A stretch of DNA of 64,000 nucleotides from a virus. How positions within the stretch are numbered: position 1 is the stretch's first letter; each line of letters starts with the position of its first letter. Position numbers and translations under genes: made by a program. Shown piece by piece: positions 56,297-64,000 of the stretch. The DNA is taken from the IMG/VR virus record IMGVR_UViG_3300045988_113203, positions 1 through 64,000 of that record. One strand, 5' to 3'. The notes beneath the pieces were generated by a model that saw only the letters and a list, made by a program, of their open reading frames with translations, had not been told where the DNA came from and searched no databases.

Positions 56297-59200
56297 TCCT
56301 TATTTAACTCATTTATCGAATCTGAATTATCAGAACCTTCTACAAGATTCTTATTCCTATCTATCTCTTCCTGGCTCATGTTACTCATCATATTTTGTAT
56401 TTTCCTACCAGATTGAGATAAAGAACGGATGAATGCGCTGGAACTTATCTTAACTCCAAGATCCGGTTTTGCCCTAAACGCTTCTCCGGTACTGATATTA
56501 TATAAATCATACACACCTGAGTTCATGTAGAATTTGTATATCCAGTTTCCACCAGCTTTTTTGTATCCTAATTTGGTTAACTCAGTTACACTCATGCCAA
56601 ATTTAATGCCATTACGACCCATTATCTTCTCCGGTATAGGTTCTACCTTAGCCGGAACAGATGTATATGCTTCATCACCGCCGTACAGGAAATAAGGGGT
56701 TGTCACCCTTGATATGTGAGTAAGCGACTCTTCGGATATACGAGGTTCGTCTTTCGCAGCCTTAGATCCTTTCCTTGGATTGGATATTCTAATAAAAGGA
56801 TCGTATGTCAAAAAGGTTAAACCGTATTCTACTTTATAACCTGATACGCCGTTAAGATCCCTTATAGCCTTAGTCGTATGCGAGTGATTGATGGTGTCTA
56901 TACCATACTTTGATTCCATATCGGTCATAATACTATTAACCTCATCCCCCTCTACATAAACCTCTTCTCCTTCCGGGATAGAGGTTATGCCGGCAGCCCT
57001 TCTAAGTAGCCATAAAGTAACTTCAGCAATGTCAGAGAACTTATCTCCGTTCTTCCTATAGTTATCTACTCTTCCTTCTTCAGATCCAGGTAATTCGACA
57101 TTTCCTTTAACTTCGACATTTGTTCTGGATTGTCCTTTGCCTTCTCCATCTCCCTTTTTATCGCCATCTTCCTCAGTGCGTACTGCACCGCCTTCTGCAC
57201 TTCCTTCTTTTCCATCATTTAAAATATTATCTGATTCTGACTCTATAGACTCCACTACAGCATCATACTCTGGTATGCCGCTAAGGAAATCTGCTACGTT
57301 ATTCAAAAACTCTATTTTTTCCTCGTTTGTCATATCAAGGCTTTCCACGGGCTCCCATATGGCAGGCAAGTTGTTTGATTTTATTGCAGTAGAAACATCT
57401 TCTACAGTTTTATTATCCACCGTAGGCAAAACTTTAGAAACCAAACTATTGATATCAGATTCCATTTTTTCTACTTCCTCTTTTGTGCCATATTCTTTTA
57501 GGGTATCCATGCCATTGACTCTAAGAGAATAATTCAAAGCCTTGCTTGGAACAAAATTAATATATTTCAAAAAGTTTTTCAACTCTGATATAATTTGTTC
57601 GTCAGATCTTGGCCCAACATAATCAACCACCACCTGATCTGTTTGAGAACGAAGCCAAGAAACGTATTCTTCTAAGGTCTTACCACCTTTACTGGAAGGA
57701 GTGGATATTTTATCACCTACTGTTCCTTTAGGTTCTAATCCCATTTCTTCCTTAAGGCTTTTAGGATTACCTCTCTCACGAAGAAACCTCAAATCACCTC
57801 CTACAATCTTCCTTGCTATAAAATCAAAAATATTAGCATAAGGCGGCAATCCCTCTTTTTCTATATGAGATTCTATTTCGTTTAACATAAGAGAGAAGTT
57901 TTTCCTGGAGGTACGCTTCTTGCCAGGTAAAGACTGCGCAGCTTGTGCCGCAGGAGCTGGTTGAGCCGGCTGAGTCCCCCGGACAGCTCCTTCCTCTGGC
58001 ATTTCCTCTTCATAAACATCCACATCTTCTTTAGAAGTAACGGTCTTACCCTCATCAGAGAAAGGAAGATCATCCTCTATAAGTGATTTAGGCCTGGAAG
58101 ATGATTTACCAAACTGGATCCTGATCTTAGGAGCAACAAACATCTCACCTTCGAAATCTATTCCAGATTCTACTTCAGACGTCACAATGTCTTTCACGCT
58201 CCTACTTCCATCTTCTACCCACTTAACAACATCAGGAACTGTAGATAATTTTTCTATAGCCTCACGGGCTTTTCTAAGCCCTGAAATAGGATTCAAATAC
58301 GATACTTGATACGAAGCCGGATCAAGGCCTAACTTGGTTAGATACGCATTAAGATCTTGTATATCATCTTGACCCATCTGTAGCAATTCAGAATCACCAG
58401 ATTCAAGCAGCATATCTATAAAAGACATCCATTTCTGCCCTTCCTCTGATTCTACAGAACGTAGGCTAACTGGGAAAAGATAATTAAGACCGTTTTTACC
58501 TTTGATGACAACTACCGGAACTCTTACATTTTTGTAATTATTCCCCTTGTCATTTAATATAGAATAAGCAAATGGGAAGCCTGTGTATTTAGAGCCGTTC
58601 TTAAGCACGACTTTGCCATTTAATACATATCCGACATCAGATACTTTTTCAGCACCTTTTTCGGTAATAGAGAGATTTTCTACCTGACCATATCCTTGAC
58701 CGTTCACCCTCATGTTAAACACCGGTCTTCCGGGAAGAGTCTGGGCAACAACATGCGTGCCGACGCTGATGGTAGCCGACCGACCAGCATCTTTCTTCCA
58801 CTTGTTAAAAGCTGTTCTTCTTATTTTACTTATACCATCTATGCCCCCTGTGTCAGCTTTTACAACAGAAACGAATCTGTTCCCACTCATAACCTTAATA
58901 ACCATATTGGATACCAGCTTATTTTCAGCAGATTCTATTTTATTTCTATCGCCGGACTGAACAGCGTTATTGTATTCGGCAAAAAGAGACTGATTATAGG
59001 TATCATTTACATCTATTTCGAGATTAACCTTATCTCCTTTTTTCAAAGAAGATAATGCTTCCTGATCTATTTTATCTACTTCATTCTCTCCGAATCCGAC
59101 ACCTGTTCTGTACGGAACCAGCTCATCTGAATCAAGACGCTTATAAACCAAAGAATAGGAATTACCCACGTCCTGAATAGACACGTCTGTGTAGCGATTA

Positions 59201-62200
59201 AGAACACGAGCCGATTCTTTATCTATAGACCATCTCGCATGATAAGGAAGTTCAATTATAGTAGCCGTTTCTCCACCTATGTTAAGAGAATACCTTTTAG
59301 TGCCATTAGCGTTCGTTTCAGAGCTTATTTGAATAGGAACCAATGATTTTATGGAAGATATAAATTTATCGGCTCTAAGACCCGCAATTTCATACCTTTC
59401 ATTGCCATCATTAGAGATTCTTCTTACCATCAACGTCTCTGGATTCTGGGCGCTATCTATATTGGCTCCCGGCGTATTATCAGATTCGTCTAATTCATTT
59501 ACAAGAGAATCTATATTAGCATCATCCTCCCCGAAATTACTTAACGTAGATTCAGAGATACGACCTTTGTCAATAATTCTGTTTTGCTCGATATAAGGAA
59601 GGAGATCCGTGATATTTCCAACCTGGCCAAGATCTTCTATGGTAAATACCGAATCTGCAAGTTTATCTTCGTCAACTTTCTCCCCTTTATCTCGTCTGTT
59701 CATTATATCAACATACAAAGAAATAGCATCATCAAGTTCCTTCCTTTGATCTGGTTCCAAATTAGATTTAGCCATATCAATAATAGCTTTATTATCCTCA
59801 TACACAGATCTCGGACTTGTAAGCCTATCAGCCTTTTCAGATAATGATTTTATGAGATTAACGGGACTGTCACCTAAAGACGATACATAATCATCAAAAT
59901 CTTGTTTGTATTTATCATACACATCTTTTTCTCTCGCAGTAAGAAGATCGGTATTCCCTGTATATAGTTTATCAATTATAGACTGCCTTACGACCGGAAC
60001 CATAATAGGATTATCCATAGCAGCCTCATAATCTTCATCCGATACAGACTCCGTAAGCGGTGACTCTTTTATATCGTCTTCTGCTTCCTTCATCCTATCT
60101 TCCCTTACTTTATCAAGAGCATGCATAAAAGCCTTGATAGTCCAAGCTTCGTCTTCCGAAATCTTACCTTCTGACACAGCTTGATCTACTACCTCATCAG
60201 TGTCATATTCACCAACTTTATTAGGCTCTGCAAAATCAGGAACCTTATCATCCCCCTTATAAGGAGTAGACCATAGAGAAGACAGCGCTTTTGAAAATCC
60301 CCTGTTTTCCTCAGCTAAGAATCTTTTATCAAGCATCTTAGACAAGAAGTTATTCATATTCCTATAGTCCATCAAACTCCTTCGGTATTCATTTACCAAG
60401 GATCTCATGGCTTTGTCTTTGGCTGTAAACTTCTTTTCCTGTCTTGATTTTACATTAAAATAATCATCAAAAGCCACAAGCGTATCATAGGCTTCTATTA
60501 CATCTTGTGAACTTATGGGAGAAAGAGGCGATGATAAAACAGATTCGGTTTTACTTACCAACTCTTCTATCGAAAACTCTTTTCCTATTAACGTTGATAA
60601 CTCAGACAACGAATTGTTGTAATTGGTTCTAAGACTTTCCAATTCTTTGGTTTTTCGTTGTATGGATTCAGCTTGTGGGTCTTTCCCTTCTACGTTACGA
60701 GGGCGGGTAGCAAGATCTTCTATTTCGGATTCAAGTTCTTCTATCCTTGACCGTATGCCACGGATAGCCATTGCCCGCTCCCTCGCCCTACCCGACAGCC
60801 GGGAAAACGTACTTAGCGCATCCGCTACGCGAGGCTGCCCCGAAAGCGTTTCTATGACAGAAGCTATGTCTTTCATCCTTGATTCCGATTGAAGACCAAG
60901 AAAAGCATTACGAGCCACGTATTTTCTAAACTCAATCTTAGAATCATCACCTATAAGATCTTCGGCAAAACCTTGAGCAGATCTGAAATCCGAAAGACGA
61001 TTATTATAATTATCAATAATAGAATCCTTGTATTTCTTTGCCTCTTCCAAAGACATTCCGTTGGCTTCGGCTATTTCCGAAATAGGCATCATATCAACCA
61101 TCTGCCTGAAATTTTCAGCCGAATCCTCTAAGGTTCCCATTTGGTTGTCAATCGACATCTTTTCAAACATTGCATCATCAAGCTCCTTGCCAGTCATAGA
61201 CTGAGCATCGGAACGAACTTGAGGCCCTAAACTCATTGACTTTTTCAACGTATTTAAAGCCGCCGTATTAAGATTAGAAGATGCTTTGTTATATTCATTT
61301 ACTTGCCTTTCCAGCAAGATCTGACTATTGCTATACTCTTTCACCCCAAAGAAGCCTTCCCTCATACCGAACAAAGAACCGATAATAGCACCGATTCCTA
61401 TTTCAGTCCATCCTTCTTTAGACGTATATTGCTTTTTAAATCCTTCAGAAATAGCATCAAGAACATCAACGGCTCCGTTCATGGCGACATTATCATATCT
61501 TGACTTAACATATTCCTCAGCCGTATTCTGGACAGCACCTTGAGATCCTTCTTCCCATAAGCCTTCAGATACCGGTCTTTTCATGATATTGAAAACATTG
61601 CCTGCTATCTTCTGTCCTATATTGGGATTGGTTATTTTAATAGCCATCTCTCCCGGCTTCGCAACTTCCGTCCCTAATCCAAATAAATGCTTGTTGAGCT
61701 TCTTTTCCAACCCAGGTATAGCCTTGCCTCCTAACCCTATATACTTACCAAAAAGAAGCCAGTTAGATAATCCTACGATACCCATATTGGCGGCAAATAT
61801 AGCACTACCTACATCAGCATTAGAATTACGAAAAACAGCCATTTCCTCTGCATTGGGATCACGACCATAAATCTTACGATAATAATCCTTGAAATCAGAC
61901 TCGGATTGCTTCATAAAAGAATTTGCTTCAACCGATGACTCGAATCCGGCACTGGTAGCCAACAACGTCATGGTCTTAGCCGCCTCCCCTACATTTCTTC
62001 CGGTAGCAACTCCTTTTCTTACATAGTCGTTAAACACACCTTTAAGGCTTCCTATGCCCCTATTGGCAGCTTGCCTTGCTGCTAACTTAGCTCCGATTCT
62101 TCCACCTAATTTAGCACCTATATTGCCCAATGATCCAACTCCAAGTCCTCCGGTCATGTACGCTGATATCATGGCTCCTACGGTAAAAGACATACCATTA

Positions 62201-62922
62201 CCAAGGACATCATTCCATAAGAAATTACCGGTATCCTTAAAAAGCTTCTGACCAAAATTATAATCTTCTACCTCTTTCTTGTAATAATGAGGAAGAAGCA
62301 TGTCTATTTGCTGGTCAAGATCACCTACAAACTTATCCATGTTAGTGTTTAACGCAGCTTTATAACTTCCCTCAGATGCCATATTGATAAGTTTGTCAGG
62401 CAATGACACAACTCCTTGCGCACCGTACAATGCGGACTTTAAAGCGAATTTACCTACACCATTCCAAAACTTACTCCATCCGCTCTGTCTCCTGGCATAA
62501 TAATCCTCATTATTTATACCCGGAATATAGTTGGGATATTTTGTACGCCATACCCCATCATTACCCATCTGATGACTTTCACGGATACTTACCTTCGGTC
62601 CATAAGGATTAAGAGGCGGCGGTGCAGGTGTAGCCCCCCTGTAGCTGTTACGAGCCAGTGCCTCCGAGTAGCTGTTGCTTATCTCCTTGGCTATATACGG
62701 CTCTTCGTATTCGGCAGCAGCTATCCTTGATGCGTAATCTGGAAATTTAGGTTGGGCATACACACCTTCACCAGGCATATAATTAGGAACCAGAGGCGTT
62801 GTCGTCTCTGGTAGTGTAGCCGGAGTATAATTCTCTTCTTCGGCTAATTTTCTTTGCCTTGCCACATCTTCGTAAGTGGTTTTAGCAGCAGGATTATATC
62901 TATCTATATTATTGTCAGCCAT
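56290..62922 (-). CDS. Giant protein (2210 aa) of unknown function. It has Gly-rich segments near the N-terminus (GGLGVGSLGNIGAKLGGRIGAKLAARQAANRG) and acidic low-complexity linkers. Likely a structural, internal-virion or cargo protein.
   Basis: Uninterrupted 6.6-kb ORF. Confidence 0.8.
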   Translation of the reverse strand: MADNNIDRYNPAAKTTYEDVARQRKLAEEENYTPATLPETTTPLVPNYMPGEGVYAQPKFPDYASRIAAAEYEEPYIAKEISNSYSEALARNSYRGATPAPPPLNPYGPKVSIRESHQMGNDGVWRTKYPNYIPGINNEDYYARRQSGWSKFWNGVGKFALKSALYGAQGVVSLPDKLINMASEGSYKAALNTNMDKFVGDLDQQIDMLLPHYYKKEVEDYNFGQKLFKDTGNFLWNDVLGNGMSFTVGAMISAYMTGGLGVGSLGNIGAKLGGRIGAKLAARQAANRGIGSLKGVFNDYVRKGVATGRNVGEAAKTMTLLATSAGFESSVEANSFMKQSESDFKDYYRKIYGRDPNAEEMAVFRNSNADVGSAIFAANMGIVGLSNWLLFGKYIGLGGKAIPGLEKKLNKHLFGLGTEVAKPGEMAIKITNPNIGQKIAGNVFNIMKRPVSEGLWEEGSQGAVQNTAEEYVKSRYDNVAMNGAVDVLDAISEGFKKQYTSKEGWTEIGIGAIIGSLFGMREGFFGVKEYSNSQILLERQVNEYNKASSNLNTAALNTLKKSMSLGPQVRSDAQSMTGKELDDAMFEKMSIDNQMGTLEDSAENFRQMVDMMPISEIAEANGMSLEEAKKYKDSIIDNYNNRLSDFRSAQGFAEDLIGDDSKIEFRKYVARNAFLGLQSESRMKDIASVIETLSGQPRVADALSTFSRLSGRARERAMAIRGIRSRIEELESEIEDLATRPRNVEGKDPQAESIQRKTKELESLRTNYNNSLSELSTLIGKEFSIEELVSKTESVLSSPLSPISSQDVIEAYDTLVAFDDYFNVKSRQEKKFTAKDKAMRSLVNEYRRSLMDYRNMNNFLSKMLDKRFLAEENRGFSKALSSLWSTPYKGDDKVPDFAEPNKVGEYDTDEVVDQAVSEGKISEDEAWTIKAFMHALDKVREDRMKEAEDDIKESPLTESVSDEDYEAAMDNPIMVPVVRQSIIDKLYTGNTDLLTAREKDVYDKYKQDFDDYVSSLGDSPVNLIKSLSEKADRLTSPRSVYEDNKAIIDMAKSNLEPDQRKELDDAISLYVDIMNRRDKGEKVDEDKLADSVFTIEDLGQVGNITDLLPYIEQNRIIDKGRISESTLSNFGEDDANIDSLVNELDESDNTPGANIDSAQNPETLMVRRISNDGNERYEIAGLRADKFISSIKSLVPIQISSETNANGTKRYSLNIGGETATIIELPYHARWSIDKESARVLNRYTDVSIQDVGNSYSLVYKRLDSDELVPYRTGVGFGENEVDKIDQEALSSLKKGDKVNLEIDVNDTYNQSLFAEYNNAVQSGDRNKIESAENKLVSNMVIKVMSGNRFVSVVKADTGGIDGISKIRRTAFNKWKKDAGRSATISVGTHVVAQTLPGRPVFNMRVNGQGYGQVENLSITEKGAEKVSDVGYVLNGKVVLKNGSKYTGFPFAYSILNDKGNNYKNVRVPVVVIKGKNGLNYLFPVSLRSVESEEGQKWMSFIDMLLESGDSELLQMGQDDIQDLNAYLTKLGLDPASYQVSYLNPISGLRKAREAIEKLSTVPDVVKWVEDGSRSVKDIVTSEVESGIDFEGEMFVAPKIRIQFGKSSSRPKSLIEDDLPFSDEGKTVTSKEDVDVYEEEMPEEGAVRGTQPAQPAPAAQAAQSLPGKKRTSRKNFSLMLNEIESHIEKEGLPPYANIFDFIARKIVGGDLRFLRERGNPKSLKEEMGLEPKGTVGDKISTPSSKGGKTLEEYVSWLRSQTDQVVVDYVGPRSDEQIISELKNFLKYINFVPSKALNYSLRVNGMDTLKEYGTKEEVEKMESDINSLVSKVLPTVDNKTVEDVSTAIKSNNLPAIWEPVESLDMTNEEKIEFLNNVADFLSGIPEYDAVVESIESESDNILNDGKEGSAEGGAVRTEEDGDKKGDGEGKGQSRTNVEVKGNVELPGSEEGRVDNYRKNGDKFSDIAEVTLWLLRRAAGITSIPEGEEVYVEGDEVNSIMTDMESKYGIDTINHSHTTKAIRDLNGVSGYKVEYGLTFLTYDPFIRISNPRKGSKAAKDEPRISEESLTHISRVTTPYFLYGGDEAYTSVPAKVEPIPEKIMGRNGIKFGMSVTELTKLGYKKAGGNWIYKFYMNSGVYDLYNISTGEAFRAKPDLGVKISSSAFIRSLSQSGRKIQNMMSNMSQEEIDRNKNLVEGSDNSDSINELNKEC

Positions 62923-63964
62923 AAATTTTCTGCAAAAAATCGTTCAACTTACTAAACTTGTCATTCATGTTGGGCGTGATATTTATTCCTCTCATATACG
63001 GATCCCTCATCTGATCAAGACGTTCTTGAACAGCCTCCTTCACGTATTTTACAAAGAAGTACTGAGGACACTTCTGGTGAATGCTATTCCAGTAATCCGC
63101 ATACTCATCATTACCTGGATCCAAAGGAACAAAATCCGAGAACAACAATGCAGGATTTTTAGAATTTTTAGTCCTTTTGTCATAGAAATTGACCGCTACC
63201 TCTCTTGAACCCCTATCGTCCATTCCCTCCAACTGAACTGATATATTATCAGACATGTCAATAAAATTATCAACAAGGGCTTTAACAACATTCATTTCTC
63301 CTGGCTTAAGGTAAGAACCATGAACCTTTACTATATCATAAAGATCATTCTTAACATCAGCCTTAGAAGCCAAACGAGGAAGGCCATTACGTATAAGATA
63401 CTTATCATAAGAATAACCTTCCTTCTTTCCGGTATCTACAAAATCACAGGTTTCAAAACTTGATTTGTAGCCATCTACCGGATAATTGCGCTCCTCGACC
63501 GAAGGATCTATACCCGCCTTAAGAAGCTCGTCATTCGTAATCTCAACCCTTTCTGTAACATAAGAATTTTCACCGGAACCTACTTGAGCAGTCAAGAATC
63601 TTCTAACGGTGCCATTATCTATCTCGGCATCCATATTAATGGCATTAATAGCAGTAGGATCCAGATTATTTACCTTTCCTGCCATGTAACCAGACAATCT
63701 TCTAAACTGAGCCTTCTGCAAAGACTTTTCCGGCGAATCGGCATTCCAATTGTATCTTTTGTAAGAATCAAGGTAATGATACTGAGATAACTTATCAGAA
63801 ATCTGATCGGGAGATACAGACATTTTTATCTCATCCTGCATCTGACTTGCTATCATATCAGACACCCTACTGTTTTTCTCAGCATATCTTAGCTGGGTAA
63901 TAGTCAATGGTTCACCTTCCTGATAATCTTTTAAATCTATATCACCATCCTTATCTATGGTCAT
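62915..63964 (-). CDS. Hypothetical protein (at least 349 aa). The frame remains open upstream of the ATG at 63964, so the start may lie beyond the window.
   Basis: ORF overlapping the giant gene start by 8 nt. Confidence 0.55.
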   Translation of the reverse strand: MTIDKDGDIDLKDYQEGEPLTITQLRYAEKNSRVSDMIASQMQDEIKMSVSPDQISDKLSQYHYLDSYKRYNWNADSPEKSLQKAQFRRLSGYMAGKVNNLDPTAINAINMDAEIDNGTVRRFLTAQVGSGENSYVTERVEITNDELLKAGIDPSVEERNYPVDGYKSSFETCDFVDTGKKEGYSYDKYLIRNGLPRLASKADVKNDLYDIVKVHGSYLKPGEMNVVKALVDNFIDMSDNISVQLEGMDDRGSREVAVNFYDKRTKNSKNPALLFSDFVPLDPGNDEYADYWNSIHQKCPQYFFVKYVKEAVQERLDQMRDPYMRGINITPNMNDKFSKLNDFLQKIYG

Positions 63965-64000
63965 ATAATCAGATATATTAAAATCAGGATCGCCATTGAG

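Noticed and set aside
57137-62612. Multiple + strand ORFs inside 56290-62922
   Set aside because: Antisense to the 2210-aa ORF. Low-complexity S/P-rich translations.

Overview
This 64-kb window reads as phage (or phage-like mobile element) DNA. It is AT-rich and densely packed with short genes, many overlapping by ATGA, and many preceded by strong Shine-Dalgarno sites of the AAAGGAGG type.

Layout:
- 1-210: an iteron-like 21-bp tandem-repeat array.
- 250-39,490: a long + strand block of about 85 small genes.
- 39,546-39,579: a convergent terminator hairpin.
- 39,716 to the window end: a - strand block.

The + strand block includes a replication and DNA-metabolism module: a primase-like zinc-ribbon/TOPRIM protein, a DnaB-like helicase, an SF2 DExH helicase and two PD-(D/E)xK nucleases. 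It also carries an ABC-type ATPase cassette and an acyl-carrier-protein / NfeD / flotillin (SPFH) membrane-scaffold cluster.

The - strand block carries two giant ORFs (2140 and 2210 aa) and proteins of 751, 179 and 349 aa. It also has a Bro-N antirepressor-like gene whose 3' end overlaps an Glu/Arg- and Arg-Gly-rich ORF in the -1 frame, plus many small genes.

Three TnpB (OMEGA/IS200-IS605 RuvC nuclease) homologs are present:
- a zinc-finger-containing solo TnpB (16,286-17,425);
- an IS607-type pair, serine-recombinase TnpA plus a zinc-finger-less TnpB (20,319-22,140);
- a close zinc-finger-less paralog squeezed into the - strand late block (47,373-48,560).

No canonical tRNA, rRNA or CRISPR array could be supported. 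Two related elements containing a tRNA T-arm and acceptor-like sequence, several GC-rich hairpin elements sharing GGCGGCGCCT, and GC-rich islands inside AT-rich genes are reported as findings.

All functional calls are made from motifs read by eye. Most small ORFs are hypothetical, and their coordinates follow the supplied ORF track with starts adjusted to an ATG or Shine-Dalgarno site where visible.
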